A stretch of DNA of 64,000 nucleotides from Thermodesulfobacteriota bacterium (GTDB taxonomy: Bacteria > Desulfobacterota_D > UBA1144 > Nemesobacterales > UBA2774), in the NCBI GenBank assembly GCA_965216785.1, contig OZ244197.1, positions 374,828 to 438,827 on the forward strand. Direction: 5' to 3'. A program made the translations under genes and the position numbers. Shown piece by piece: positions 41,386 to 52,156 of this stretch. The stretch's first letter is position 1; every line of letters starts with the position of its first letter. The notes under the pieces are model-generated. The model was not told where the DNA came from. It saw only the letters and a list, made by a program, of their open reading frames with translations, and searched no databases.

Positions 41386-44300
41386 TTAATAGTATTCCTG
41401 TAATGCTTTTACGGAAAGCCCCTCTTTTATCAGGACTTCTATTGCTCCTGCCGCGGCTTGTGCTCCTGCAATTGTGGTGAAGTACGGTACTCCCTGAGTA
41501 ACCGATGTTCTCCTTATAGGGTAGGACTGCGCTATCTCTTCTTCTCCAAACGTAGTATTAATTACAAGCTGTACCTGACCGTTCTTCATATAATCGACGA
41601 CGTTCGGCCTTCCCTGCGCCACCTTTTTTACCAACATGCAGTTAACGCCCAGGTTTCCAAGGTATGATGCCGTGCCGTCTGTTGCCAAAATGTTGAATCC
41701 AAGCTCCGAGAGCTTTCGGGCTACCAGAGAGGCCTTTTCTTTATCTTCGTCCTTTACACTTATAAATGCGGTGCCGGTAAGGGGAAGCTCGTTTCCAGAA
41801 GCCATTTGAGCTTTGGCAAAAGAGCGTCCAAGCTCAGTGTCTATGCCCATTACCTCTCCCGTGGATTTCATCTCAGGACCCAGGATCGTATCCACTCCGG
41901 CAAATTTAATAAACGGGAAGACAGACTCTTTAATACACATATAATTCGGTACTATCTCCTCAGTGAAACCAAGCTCAGTTAATTTTTTCCCAACCATTAT
42001 TTTAGTCCCGAGCTTTGCAAGAGGGACTCCTATCGCCTTACTGACAAAGGGTATCGTCCGGCTTGCCCTGGGGTTTACTTCTATTATATATACTTCACCG
42101 TCTTTTATCGCAAATTGGATATTCATGAGCCCCTTAACCCTAAGTGCGAGAGCTAGCTCCTTGGTCTGACGCTTTATTTCCTGAAGAGTTCCGGCGTCTA
42201 TAGAGTAAGGCGGCATAACCATGGCACTGTCGCCAGAGTGAACCCCGGCTTCCTCAATGTGCTCTAGCACTCCTCCTATCACTACGGTCTCGCCGTCTGA
42301 TATAGCGTCCACATCCACCTCTTTTGCGTCCTTGAGAAACTTGTCTATAAGCACCGGATGATTCGGGGACACGTTTACCGCCTCTTTCATATAGCGCTTA
42401 AGCGCCTTCTGCGTATATACGATTTCCATTGCTCTGCCGCCAAGCACGTAAGAGGGTCTCACGACCACCGGATATCCTATATCTCCAGCGATCTGCTTTG
42501 CCTCGCTCTCACTGCGCGCAATCCCGCTTTCAGGCTGCTTAAGGCCGAGCTGAAGGATCAAGTCGCGGAATCTCTCTCTGTCCTCAGCCAGATCAATGCT
42601 CTCTGGGGATGTGCCGATTATCTTTACTCCCCTTTCCTCAAGAGGAAGCGCGAGCTTTAACGGAGTTTGGCCACCTAACTGCACAATTACCCCTTCAGGC
42701 TTCTCCCGCTCGACTATCGACAAAGTATCCTCAAGCGTCAGAGGCTCGAAGTAGAGCCTGTCGGATGTATCGTAATCAGTGCTTACTGTCTCGGGGTTGC
42801 AGTTGACCATTATTGCCTCATACCCTTCTTCCCTAAGCGAAAAGGAAGCGTGGACACAGCAGTAATCAAATTCGATCCCTTGCCCGATTCTATTGGGGCC
42901 TCCGCCCAAGATCATAACTTTCTTTTTATCAGTGGGCAGGGCCTCGTCCTCCCTTTCATAAGTGGAATAGAAGTACGGGGTATGCGCTTCAAACTCTGAG
43001 GCGCAGGTATCGACCATCTTATACACGGATTCTATGTGGCTGTTAAGCCTCAGGCTTCTTGAGTCGTCCTCTGAGTTGCCTATTAGCTCTGACATCCTCG
43101 TATCCGAGAATCCGTACTCTTTCGCCGTTTTTATTCTCTCACTGTCAGGCTTGCCCTTTGAGAGCCTCAGCTCGTTTTCCATATCAACAATCTGTTTGAT
43201 ATTATTGAGGAACCAAGGGTCAATGCGTGTCAGATCATATATTTCTTCAGTATCCATCCCGCTCCTGTAGGCGTCGGCCAAATACCAGAGCCTTTCGGAG
43301 TTGGGGACCTTAAGCTTTTCTGTAATGACTTTCTTGTCACTTGTTTGCGGCTCAAACCCCGAAGAATCTACTTCAAGCGAGCGCATGGCTTTCTGTAAAG
43401 ACTCTTTAAAAGTCCTGCCTATGGCCATTGCCTCCCCAACAGATTTCATTTGAGTAGTCAGAGAGGGATCTGTCACAGGGAATTTCTCAAAGGTAAACCT
43501 GGGTACTTTTACAACAACATAATCTATTGTAGGCTCAAAACAGGCGGGTGTAGTGCGCGTAATATCGTTTGGAATCTCATCCAGCGTATAGCCAACGGCA
43601 AGCTTGGCCGCGATCTTCGCAATCGGGAATCCTGTCGCTTTAGATGCCAACGCCGAGCTACGGGAAACCCTGGGGTTCATTTCTATTACGACCATACGGC
43701 CGTCTTCAGGATTAATACCGAACTGTATATTAGAGCCGCCGGTGTCTACTCCGATCTCTCTTATAATGGTGATCGAGGCGTCGCGCATCTTTTGGTATTC
43801 TTTGTCGGTAAGTGTCTGAGAGGGCGCGACCGTGATGCTGTCCCCTGTATGAACACCCATAGGGTCAAAGTTCTCAATTGAGCATATTATGACTACGTTA
43901 TCCGCAACGTCCCTCATAACTTCGAGCTCATACTCCTTCCACCCGAGCACTGACTCTTCGATCAATATTTCAGAGACCGGACTCGAATCGAGCCCTGATT
44001 TTGCAAATTCCTCAAATTCCTCACGGTTATAAGCGACGCTTCCTCCCGAGCCTCCCAGAGTGAACGAGGGTCTGATAATAATAGGAAAACCTATTTCCTC
44101 CACTATCTGCCAGGCTTCACTCATGTCATGGGCAACTCCGCTCTTTGGGACCTCAAGACCAATTTTTATCATGGCCTTTTTAAATTGCTCACGGTTTTCC
44201 GCCTTTTGTATAGCCGGCATTTTAGCGCCTATTAGCTCTACGCCGTATTTTTCGAGTACACCGCTCTCGGACAGCTCCACCGCAATATTAAGCGCGGTCT

Positions 44301-44577
44301 GACCACCGAGCGTAGGCAGCAATGCGTCGGGCCGCTCGCGCTCTATTATCTTTTCCACAATCTGAGGAACAAGAGGCTCTATGTAGGTACGGTCAGCGAA
44401 CGTGGGGTCAGTCATAATAGTGGCAGGGTTGCTGTTCACTAGTACAATCCTGTAGCCCTCTTCCTTGAGCGCTTTACATGCCTGTGTGCCCGAGTAGTCA
44501 AACTCACAAGCCTGCCCGATCACAATTGGACCCGAGCCTACAAGTAGTATTGTTTTTATGTCTGTTCTTTTAGGCAT
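41386..44577 (-). CDS. carB: carbamoyl-phosphate synthase large subunit
   Basis: 1063 aa; duplicated ATP-grasp halves and C-terminal MGS-like domain. Confidence 0.95.
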   Translation of the reverse strand: MPKRTDIKTILLVGSGPIVIGQACEFDYSGTQACKALKEEGYRIVLVNSNPATIMTDPTFADRTYIEPLVPQIVEKIIERERPDALLPTLGGQTALNIAVELSESGVLEKYGVELIGAKMPAIQKAENREQFKKAMIKIGLEVPKSGVAHDMSEAWQIVEEIGFPIIIRPSFTLGGSGGSVAYNREEFEEFAKSGLDSSPVSEILIEESVLGWKEYELEVMRDVADNVVIICSIENFDPMGVHTGDSITVAPSQTLTDKEYQKMRDASITIIREIGVDTGGSNIQFGINPEDGRMVVIEMNPRVSRSSALASKATGFPIAKIAAKLAVGYTLDEIPNDITRTTPACFEPTIDYVVVKVPRFTFEKFPVTDPSLTTQMKSVGEAMAIGRTFKESLQKAMRSLEVDSSGFEPQTSDKKVITEKLKVPNSERLWYLADAYRSGMDTEEIYDLTRIDPWFLNNIKQIVDMENELRLSKGKPDSERIKTAKEYGFSDTRMSELIGNSEDDSRSLRLNSHIESVYKMVDTCASEFEAHTPYFYSTYEREDEALPTDKKKVMILGGGPNRIGQGIEFDYCCVHASFSLREEGYEAIMVNCNPETVSTDYDTSDRLYFEPLTLEDTLSIVEREKPEGVIVQLGGQTPLKLALPLEERGVKIIGTSPESIDLAEDRERFRDLILQLGLKQPESGIARSESEAKQIAGDIGYPVVVRPSYVLGGRAMEIVYTQKALKRYMKEAVNVSPNHPVLIDKFLKDAKEVDVDAISDGETVVIGGVLEHIEEAGVHSGDSAMVMPPYSIDAGTLQEIKRQTKELALALRVKGLMNIQFAIKDGEVYIIEVNPRASRTIPFVSKAIGVPLAKLGTKIMVGKKLTELGFTEEIVPNYMCIKESVFPFIKFAGVDTILGPEMKSTGEVMGIDTELGRSFAKAQMASGNELPLTGTAFISVKDEDKEKASLVARKLSELGFNILATDGTASYLGNLGVNCMLVKKVAQGRPNVVDYMKNGQVQLVINTTFGEEEIAQSYPIRRTSVTQGVPYFTTIAGAQAAAGAIEVLIKEGLSVKALQEYY

Positions 44578-44762
44578 ATTCTAAAACCTTATGGGCAAGA
44601 TTCTCTTTGCCCTGGTGAAATTAAATCCGTCAATTTATACCCAAGAATTTATGATCTGGCAAACAAGATTATGATACATTTAGTTTACAGAAAATAAGAT
44701 GACCCGGTAGAAATATCTTAATAATATACTAGTAAACCTCAATTAAGACCAATAAGTTATAA

Positions 44763-45512
44763 TCAGCCCGCATCTTCTGATATAACGTTCTCCTCACCTG
44801 AATCAGCCGCGGGTTCATTGGTTTTTTCTCTACTCTTAAGATCGCTCATTACATGAAACATCCTTTGCACGGCGGTGTATGAAGAAAAAACGAGCATTAT
44901 TAAAAGAGCCAGCTTGAGTAGGTAGTTATCGGGTTGATACCCAAGAGCGCTCGTCACAAGGTTGCCAGGATAATTAAATATAGACAGTACACCCAGATAT
45001 ACCACCCTCTCTGTCCTCTGCATGATTCCAACTTCGCACTTTACCCCAAGGCCCTCTGCCCTGGCCCGAGTATAACTGACCATTGTGGTAGAAACGAGTA
45101 TTAGAAACACTACGTAGATATAAACCGTGCCCTGGAAAAAGCTCAGAAGACCGAGGTAAATAAAAGCCTCGGAAAACCTGTCCAGGCATGAATCGAAGAA
45201 CGCTCCGGACTCGCTGCTGATCCCCTGCGCCCTGGCAACTCGGCCGTCGAATATATCAAAAGTTGAGCCTGCCAAAACGAGCACGCCTCCAATAAATATT
45301 AAGCCGTAATGATAGAAAAGACCCGTGATACCGGAGACTACAAGAGTTGAAATCGTAAGTACGTTGGGATGAATTTTAATACCGACCAGATAGTCCTCTA
45401 TCGGCAGCATGAGAAGTAGCCACCATTTTTTTAATCCACTCCCTAAGAGTTTAGAGGACTCGGGGCCTTTTTTGTTTTTCGACCTTTCAGCAATTTCCTG
45501 TGGCTGGCTCAT
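44763..45512 (-). CDS. CDP-alcohol phosphatidyltransferase family protein
   Basis: 249 aa membrane protein with the DG(x)2AR...G(x)3D(x)3D motif (DIFDGRVARAQGISSESGAFFDSCLDRFSE). Confidence 0.75.
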   Translation of the reverse strand: MSQPQEIAERSKNKKGPESSKLLGSGLKKWWLLLMLPIEDYLVGIKIHPNVLTISTLVVSGITGLFYHYGLIFIGGVLVLAGSTFDIFDGRVARAQGISSESGAFFDSCLDRFSEAFIYLGLLSFFQGTVYIYVVFLILVSTTMVSYTRARAEGLGVKCEVGIMQRTERVVYLGVLSIFNYPGNLVTSALGYQPDNYLLKLALLIMLVFSSYTAVQRMFHVMSDLKSREKTNEPAADSGEENVISEDAG

Positions 45513-45618
45513 AATGAATGTTTCCCGAAACTGTTATTTCTGTGAATTGAGGTTACTAAAATATACGCTTTAATCTTTATCAAGCAAGCGGGATATCTTA
45601 TGGGCACTTGCAGATGGT

Positions 45619-47229
45619 CTAGTTAATCCGAGTAATATATACCGACTTAACGCCCGGCTCTCGTCTCTTGAGCCAATTCCCGTATTCCGTTGCCTGACCC
45701 TTTGTAGGAAATGCTCCCACGCTTACACGGCTCCATCTTCCCTTACCGGGCACATCGGCCGTGGTTACTCTTACTTTATAACCCTTACGCTCTAGCTTCT
45801 GTGCAAAACTTCCGGCTGCGGCAGGGTCCTTGAACGAGGCGACCTGGACTGTGTATTTCCCGCTCTCGCTCTGAGATGAATCGCCAGGCGTGATTTTAGT
45901 TATCCGCTTTTCCCTAGCAGGTTCCTCGTATTTCTTAGTGTCGGTAACTGTCTTAGCTGAAACCGCAGGTGGAGGCTTATCCCAATCCCCCTCTTGTGTA
46001 GACTCATAAATACGCTCGATGAGCTCTTTACTCGAATAAGACGCATCGTCGGTGTCAGAGATGCGGGGCGCTGCCGGAACTTGTTTTTCCCGGGTTATGA
46101 GCGCATCTTTTTCCTCGGTTACTAAAATATCTTCTTCAATTATTTCTGTTCCGTCAGATTTCTCCGTCAATTGCTCAGAGCTTTGGGTTTCTTCGATTTC
46201 TTTGCTAGTTTCTACTTCCCTCAGAACTACTGTATCTATCTTTTCAGCCTTAATTAATTTTGCCCCGCCCTGAAGCGGCGCGTTTAACTGTGTATCTAAT
46301 AATAAGGCTATTGCGGTATTAACCGAGCCGCTGCCCGGCTGAGTATAAGTTTCTATCTGAACTTCTTCTTGCAGTTTTTCTTCCTGAATCCCGGCGCTGT
46401 CAATTGAAAGCTCCTGCTCAACAATTCCGGACTCGGCAATCAAAGTTTCTTGTGTGTTTTGGGGCGGGCTCTGGGTTTGAACCGGAGATACGGTATCCGG
46501 CTTTTGGGCCATGTATCCCTTTGGTACTACACCGCCAGCCGTGCTGGTTGATTCTTCTCCGATCTTTACTACGCGGAGGCTTGTAAAAGGTCTCTTTACA
46601 ACTACGCCGTTTTCAACGAGCATAATCTCAACCGAACCCGATAAATTGTTTGGGGCTTCAAAAACGAGCTTTCTGGGTGATTCCGATATTACATGCGCGG
46701 GCCTGCCTCCGATCGTAAGCTTGGTCGTTGCAAAGTCACCGTCAAACGGGCCTTGGATCTCGATCAGTCTTCCTGCCTGCCCGATAAGCGGGGTTTCAAA
46801 ATCAAAAGCTGTTGGAGTCTCAGGTCTGTCGGCAAAAGAATCCGGCAGTTTTACCGCGGCTGAGGAATAGCTGACCTCTCTGTTACTCTCGTCTCTTAGT
46901 GTGACCCTTAAGCTGCTGCCTGACATGTTACTCGGGATAGTTATGGTAATTTGCCCGGCTTGAACAGATGCGCTCTGTACATCCGTATTTATCTTGTAAC
47001 TGTTTAAAACACTCGTGTTATTAACTCCCTCAGGGTAAGCAAATATAGACGCTGAGACAGTATCCCCTCCTGACATATCGTCGGGGAGGAACACTTTCAC
47101 ATCCCCATACTGGGTATTAAAACTTACTACATACGTGCCGCTTAATCTATCGGTCATCCCGAGCTTCGCGGCATGTGCGGTCCAGGCGGCAATAAATATT
47201 ATCAATACTATGAAGACTTTGGCTTTCAT
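45619..47229 (-). CDS. secreted SPOR domain protein
   Basis: 536 aa; signal peptide, long low-complexity middle, C-terminal SPOR-like domain (YTVQVASFKDPAAAGSFAQKLERKGYKVRV...RVSVGAF). Confidence 0.75.
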   Translation of the reverse strand: MKAKVFIVLIIFIAAWTAHAAKLGMTDRLSGTYVVSFNTQYGDVKVFLPDDMSGGDTVSASIFAYPEGVNNTSVLNSYKINTDVQSASVQAGQITITIPSNMSGSSLRVTLRDESNREVSYSSAAVKLPDSFADRPETPTAFDFETPLIGQAGRLIEIQGPFDGDFATTKLTIGGRPAHVISESPRKLVFEAPNNLSGSVEIMLVENGVVVKRPFTSLRVVKIGEESTSTAGGVVPKGYMAQKPDTVSPVQTQSPPQNTQETLIAESGIVEQELSIDSAGIQEEKLQEEVQIETYTQPGSGSVNTAIALLLDTQLNAPLQGGAKLIKAEKIDTVVLREVETSKEIEETQSSEQLTEKSDGTEIIEEDILVTEEKDALITREKQVPAAPRISDTDDASYSSKELIERIYESTQEGDWDKPPPAVSAKTVTDTKKYEEPAREKRITKITPGDSSQSESGKYTVQVASFKDPAAAGSFAQKLERKGYKVRVTTADVPGKGRWSRVSVGAFPTKGQATEYGNWLKRREPGVKSVYITRIN

Positions 47230-47265
47230 TTGTAAATACCTGCATATATGACCATATTAATCATA

Positions 47266-48054
47266 TCATTTGTTTTGTGTTATAAAAACAATCTTAACCT
47301 CGGGTTCTAGAATCTTAAGGTTCTCACCGTAGTCACTCGCGGTCTGAGAGCTTTCAAAAGTACCGATTCTTACCCTATACCATTTCTTGTTATCAGAATC
47401 CGTCATGGTGTTTATGTATGCGGGGTAACCCCTGTTCTTCATAGATTTTAGCACTGAATCCGCAGCTTTTTTATCCGTAAACGAACCGATCTGTACCGTG
47501 TAGCTGCCGTCTGGATCTATAGGGGGTAATTTAACTCTATCTCTTTTTTTATTTTTATCGGTTTTTGCAATTTCTTCAATTGCTTTTTCCCGGGTTACCT
47601 TTTCTGGTTTTGGGGTAGCTGCCGGCTTTTCGGAGGCAGGATCGGGCTTGACAGTGTTTTGTGTTTTTGTAACTATCTCGTTTTGGCCACTTTCAGCTAT
47701 TGGGTCCTGTGGTGTTTGGATAGGTTCAGCAATTTCAATCGTAGAATCAACTTCAATATCCTCCTCTACCTGAAGTCCCTCTGGCGCTTCAGTCTTGACA
47801 TCGGTCTCGCCGATTCTCTCCTCAAGCGCTATGGATTGTTCGAACTCGGTGTCTATTGGCTTTTCGGGAACACGGGCTCGGGGCGGAGTAGTCTCTATGT
47901 TTTCGGGAAAAGTAATACTACGCTCGGATAACCCCTTACCCACTATTATCCCTAGACTGAACGTGACGACGAATAGTACGAAAAACCCGATAACAAGCGA
48001 TACTATCCGGTTTTTGCCAGGATTTTTGTTGCTAGTGCTGTTTTTATTACTCAT
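47266..48054 (-). CDS. membrane-anchored SPOR domain protein (DedD/FtsN-like)
   Basis: 262 aa; N-terminal TM, Pro/Glu-rich linker, C-terminal SPOR-like domain (YTVQIGSFTDKKAADSVLKSMKNRGYPAYI...YRVRIGTF). Confidence 0.75.
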   Translation of the reverse strand: MSNKNSTSNKNPGKNRIVSLVIGFFVLFVVTFSLGIIVGKGLSERSITFPENIETTPPRARVPEKPIDTEFEQSIALEERIGETDVKTEAPEGLQVEEDIEVDSTIEIAEPIQTPQDPIAESGQNEIVTKTQNTVKPDPASEKPAATPKPEKVTREKAIEEIAKTDKNKKRDRVKLPPIDPDGSYTVQIGSFTDKKAADSVLKSMKNRGYPAYINTMTDSDNKKWYRVRIGTFESSQTASDYGENLKILEPEVKIVFITQNK

Positions 48055-48057
48055 ATC

Positions 48058-49740
48058 TCACATCCTTTCAGGAGTGGAAATACCGAGCAATCTAAGACCG
48101 TTACTAAGAACTATACGCACACAGCTTACTAAGTAAAGCCTTGCCTGACTGAGATCCGAGTTTTCGTCTACGATCCTGCATTTATTATAGTAAACATGAA
48201 AATCCGAAGCCAGCTCCTGAAGGAAATAGGCTATTTTGTGAGGGGCGAGGGAAGCTGCCGATTCCTGTACTACCTCAGGGTATAGTAGCAGTTTTTTTAT
48301 AAGGTCGATCTCCACTTGCTCCTTAAGCCCGTCGAGAGATTCGCCTGCGGCGGACAATCCCGTCTCTTCAGCCTTTCGAAACAAACTGTTTATTCTGGCA
48401 TAGGCGTATTGAATATAATAGACCGGGTTTTCACTGGACTCTTTCTTTGCAAGATCGAGGTCAAAGTCAAGATGACTCTCGGAGCTCCTTGCGAGTAGGA
48501 AGAACCGCATCACGTCCGGGCCGACGTCTTTTACTACGTCGCGCATGGTTACATAGCTTCCGGAGCGCTTTGACATAGCAACCTCCTCACCGCGGCGCAT
48601 CAGTCTTACGAACTGAATCAGCACCACATGCAGGCGGGATTCATCGAGCCCGAGCGCATTCAGAGCCGCTTTGAGCCTGGCAATGTGACCGTGGTGGTCA
48701 GCGCCCCAGACGTTGATCAAACTATCAAATTCTCTTTCTAGCTTATGGTAATGGTACGCGATGTCGGCAAGGAAATACGTGGGAGATCCGTCCGATTTAA
48801 CGAGCACCCAGTCCTGGGTATCTCCAAACTCAGTCGCCTTAAACCATAGGGCGCCCTCTTCTTCTTTGAGAGCGTCTTTTTCTTTCATGAGTGTAAGCGC
48901 GGCCTGCAGTCTGCTCAGTCCCTTAGTGCTTTCAAGAGAGGCGTGGATATTCTCACTCTCGCTGTACCACTCGTCAAATTTAATCCCTACGCTCTCTAAG
49001 TCACTTACCAGATGATCAAGAAGCCACTTTTTAGCAAACTCTCTACAGTACAAAATAGATTCCGTCTCCTTACCCTCTTCTGTAAGCGAATCGCCTTCGT
49101 CTGTTTTAATCAACGCTGCAATTTCCTGTATATAGTCTCCTTTGTAACCGTCCTCGGGAAGCTCTCTCTCTATCCCCGAAGCTTGTAGATATCTTGCGTA
49201 AACAGATTCGCCCAGCATCTCCATCTGGTGTCCTCGGTCATTTATGTAGAATTCCCTTGTCACATCGAGACCCGAAGCCCGGAGAATATTCGACAGCGCG
49301 TCTCCGACAACGGCGTTTCTGGCGTGGCCCATGTGGAGAAACCCTGTGGGGTTTGCGCTTACGAACTCGACAAGCACCTTTTCACCCTTGTCTGTGGCGG
49401 CGTTCCCGAAATCAACCCCCGCCTCATCGATCTCTCTGAGCTTATTTACTATGGCCTGCTCTTTAACGAAGAAATTGATAAAGCCCGCGCCCGCAATCTC
49501 AACTTTTTTAAATAACTCTTCCTGCTCTTCGGGCAGGTTTTCTATGATTAGCTCGGCAAGCTTACGCGGATTTTGACCGGTCTTTTTTGCAAGCACCATT
49601 GCGGTGTTGATGGAAAAATCACCGAACTCCTTTCTCTTTGGAATCCCTACTTCAATCTCGTGGGGGAAATCGGCCGCGTTCAAAGTTTTAGCAATGCTTT
49701 CTACGGATTTGAGAACTACTTTTTGAATGTCTTCTTTCAT
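48058..49740 (-). CDS. argS: arginine--tRNA ligase
   Basis: Class I aaRS with HMGH (FLHMGHARN) and C-terminal anticodon-binding region; start taken at MKEDIQ (49740), ORF track begins 19 codons upstream at 49797. Confidence 0.9.
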   Translation of the reverse strand: MKEDIQKVVLKSVESIAKTLNAADFPHEIEVGIPKRKEFGDFSINTAMVLAKKTGQNPRKLAELIIENLPEEQEELFKKVEIAGAGFINFFVKEQAIVNKLREIDEAGVDFGNAATDKGEKVLVEFVSANPTGFLHMGHARNAVVGDALSNILRASGLDVTREFYINDRGHQMEMLGESVYARYLQASGIERELPEDGYKGDYIQEIAALIKTDEGDSLTEEGKETESILYCREFAKKWLLDHLVSDLESVGIKFDEWYSESENIHASLESTKGLSRLQAALTLMKEKDALKEEEGALWFKATEFGDTQDWVLVKSDGSPTYFLADIAYHYHKLEREFDSLINVWGADHHGHIARLKAALNALGLDESRLHVVLIQFVRLMRRGEEVAMSKRSGSYVTMRDVVKDVGPDVMRFFLLARSSESHLDFDLDLAKKESSENPVYYIQYAYARINSLFRKAEETGLSAAGESLDGLKEQVEIDLIKKLLLYPEVVQESAASLAPHKIAYFLQELASDFHVYYNKCRIVDENSDLSQARLYLVSCVRIVLSNGLRLLGISTPERM

Positions 49741-49813
49741 AATATTAGTGGAAAAGTAGACCACATATTCAGACACCTTACAAGAAACCGGTGTCATATT
49801 TTAGATAAACAGC

Positions 49814-50440
49814 TTAGAAATCCGGAAGGGATTCTATCGGAGAGAGATGAGACACGTCGTTCAGCACCTCTATTTCGATTCCGTCTTCCCTGCAGACTAT
49901 TAGGTTTTTACAGGCGGCCTGGAGGTTGAAATTACGAAAACCTTTTAGACCAACTCCTGAGAATTTACATAGGAGGGTAGTGATAGTGAGGTTATGGCTC
50001 ACTGTTACAACCGTCTCACCCTGGTGACGCTCTAGAATCTTGTTAAACACCCTTAGCGCCCTCTCCTGAAGCCCCGTAAGTGACTCTCCCATTGGAAGCT
50101 TTAAGGTCTCGGGACTCTCCCGCCATTGCTTTAACACGTGGTCATACTTTGCCCTTATCTCCTCAAACTTAAGCCCTTCGAGCTCTCCCTGATCCATTTC
50201 TCTTAGGTCTTTTTCTATATTAACCGTGAGTTTATGGTGAGACGCTATTCCGCGCGCCGTCTCAAGCGCTCTTTTCAGATCGCTCGAATAAACGGCAGAA
50301 ATTCTTTCATTTTTAAGAGAGCTTGCAAGCTCTCTGACCTGCTTTTTGCCGTTATGGTTGAGATCGATATCCGCCACTCCCTGACATCTGCCTGTGCGGT
50401 TCCAATCTGTCTCTCCGTGTCTTACAAGTATTAGATTCAT
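49814..50440 (-). CDS. histidine phosphatase family protein (phosphoglycerate mutase-like)
   Basis: 208 aa; catalytic RHG motif (LVRHGETDWN). Confidence 0.8.
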   Translation of the reverse strand: MNLILVRHGETDWNRTGRCQGVADIDLNHNGKKQVRELASSLKNERISAVYSSDLKRALETARGIASHHKLTVNIEKDLREMDQGELEGLKFEEIRAKYDHVLKQWRESPETLKLPMGESLTGLQERALRVFNKILERHQGETVVTVSHNLTITTLLCKFSGVGLKGFRNFNLQAACKNLIVCREDGIEIEVLNDVSHLSPIESLPDF

Positions 50441-50567
50441 TTAGCCCTTTCCATTAGTCTAAAAATGCCTCTGTCTTCTAATTATATACCTGCAGGAATC
50501 GCAGACTTTTAATTAATTCCCCCGGATCGTGCTTCGCACTCCCGTCCATCCTCACTGCCTCTGTCCC

Positions 50568-51689
50568 CTAGGATTCGTTTCTAAACGTGAGTATTACGCC
50601 TTTATCCTTAGCCTCTTTGGCAAGCTCAGAGGGAGGGGGAGGAAGCGGAGCTGATTTATAGACCGCGGTTACGCAGTATTCATCAAACACCGGGTTCCCC
50701 GATGAGTTGCTTACCCTAACGTCGTAGATTTTACCGTCTTTGCCTACTTTGAACAGCACATCGGTCTCAAGCCCGCCGTCCGTAGGTACGCTGGGGGGGA
50801 TTCTCCAGTTTCGGCTGATTTTTCTATGTACCTGCTGACTGTAGAGGTTAATAATAACGGGGCTTACAGACGAGCCGCCGCCTCCGCCGCCGGTACTGCT
50901 CTTTTCGGTACTCGCTTCGAGTCCCGCATCTTCGGCATCGGCCATGGCAAGCTTCTGCTCCTCGCCCATGGGCTCCTCAGGCTCCTGCGGCTCTTCACTG
51001 CTTCCAAGCTGATCGAGTACCTTTTGCCTTTGAATGTCCTTAAGTACCTGGCTTCTCTTTTTATCTAAAGTTTTCTTTTCTGTTTTTTTCTTCTCTTCTT
51101 TTTTAGGTTTGGGTTTTTCCGTAGGTTTTGGTTTCTCGGCTACTTTTTTCTCTTCCTTCTTTTCTACTTTTTTAGGTTCTTCTTTCTTTTTTTCTTCCTT
51201 CTTTTCAGGCTCGAGGGGAATTACCTCTTTCTTCTCAGGCTCTTTCTTTACAACTTCTTTTGGCTTTTCCTCTTTTTTAGGCTCCTCTTTGGGCTTCTCA
51301 GGCTCTTTTTTAACCTCTTGTTTCTTGGGCTCCTCTTTTTTTGGTTCTTCCTTCTTTACCTCTTTTATTTCGGGCTCTTTTTTAGGCTCTTCTTTTTTTG
51401 GAGGCTCGGGAGGGGCTTTTACCTCTTTTTCCGGTGGCTTGGGAGGGGCGGGCTTCTTCTCTACCTTTTTAGGCTGAGTTTTCTTAACAGGCGGGCGACC
51501 ATCACCACCTCCGCCTGTATCCAGAGATGATATCGATACCTGTATAGGCCCGCTCGGGCCGCTGAACTGCGAAGCTCCCCGGAATCCCCAAAATAGTATC
51601 AATGCAATAATTGTAGCGTGGAGCGCGATTGAGAAAACTCCGCCCCAAAACGATGTTCCCTTTGAAGGGTCATTACCTTTTTCTTTCAT
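50568..51689 (-). CDS. TonB/TolA family energy-transducer protein with long Lys/Glu/Pro-rich linker
   Basis: 373 aa; N-terminal TM, about 150 aa of (E/K)(E/K)PKK-type repeats, C-terminal TonB-like domain; directly downstream of the ExbB/ExbD-like pair. Confidence 0.8.
   Translation of the reverse strand: MKEKGNDPSKGTSFWGGVFSIALHATIIALILFWGFRGASQFSGPSGPIQVSISSLDTGGGGDGRPPVKKTQPKKVEKKPAPPKPPEKEVKAPPEPPKKEEPKKEPEIKEVKKEEPKKEEPKKQEVKKEPEKPKEEPKKEEKPKEVVKKEPEKKEVIPLEPEKKEEKKKEEPKKVEKKEEKKVAEKPKPTEKPKPKKEEKKKTEKKTLDKKRSQVLKDIQRQKVLDQLGSSEEPQEPEEPMGEEQKLAMADAEDAGLEASTEKSSTGGGGGGSSVSPVIINLYSQQVHRKISRNWRIPPSVPTDGGLETDVLFKVGKDGKIYDVRVSNSSGNPVFDEYCVTAVYKSAPLPPPPSELAKEAKDKGVILTFRNES
51040..51480 (-). 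repeat. in-frame low-complexity coding repeats (Lys/Glu/Pro-rich linker of the TonB/TolA-like protein)
   Basis: Reiterated aaggaagaaccaaaaaaa-type units encoding (E/K)(E/K)PKK repeats; also produces a spurious antisense ORF (51034..51477). Confidence 0.8.
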
Positions 51690-51709
51690 AATCCGCCGCT
51701 TACCTCTTA

Positions 51710-52147
51710 CTACTGTTTAGTCACGGGCTCTGTGATTAGACCAAGGTTCGTAACCCCGGCATTTCTAATCTCAGACATCACCTCTACAACTGTGCCGTAA
51801 GGAACAGAGGTGTCAGCCCTTAAAAAAACATTTTCCTTCTCTATGTCTTTTCCCTTTGAGCTCATAAGCACCCTGACTTCAACTCTTAGCTCATCGAGCG
51901 TATACTGCTTTTTCTCTATAAATATCTCACCGTCACCGTTTAAAGTAACAACAACCTTCTTCTCCCGGTCTATGGAGGGCATGGACTTGGACTGGGTTTT
52001 GGGCAGCTTAACATCCACACCCTGATACAGAATGGGGGTCGTTACCATGAATATCACAAGGAGGACGAGCATGACGTCTACAAACGGCGTTACGTTTATT
52101 TCGGCCATCACTGTGCGGCCGCCCTGTTTCGGAGTCTGCATTCCCAT
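51710..52147 (-). CDS. biopolymer transport protein ExbD/TolR
   Basis: 145 aa; single TM (INVTPFVDVMLVLLVIFMV) and ExbD/TolR periplasmic domain. Confidence 0.85.
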   Translation of the reverse strand: MGMQTPKQGGRTVMAEINVTPFVDVMLVLLVIFMVTTPILYQGVDVKLPKTQSKSMPSIDREKKVVVTLNGDGEIFIEKKQYTLDELRVEVRVLMSSKGKDIEKENVFLRADTSVPYGTVVEVMSEIRNAGVTNLGLITEPVTKQ

Positions 52148-52156
52148 ATTGCTCTA

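Noticed and set aside
44595-44625. Hairpin GGGCAA-N8-TTGCCC upstream of carB as a terminator or attenuator
   Set aside because: Short 6-bp stem with no adjacent T-run on the relevant strand; not strong enough to call.
51034-51530. Phe/Ser/Gly-rich plus-strand ORFs (147 aa and 70 aa) antisense to the TonB-like gene
   Set aside because: They are the reverse-complement reading of the Lys/Glu/Pro-rich coding repeats and are purely low complexity.
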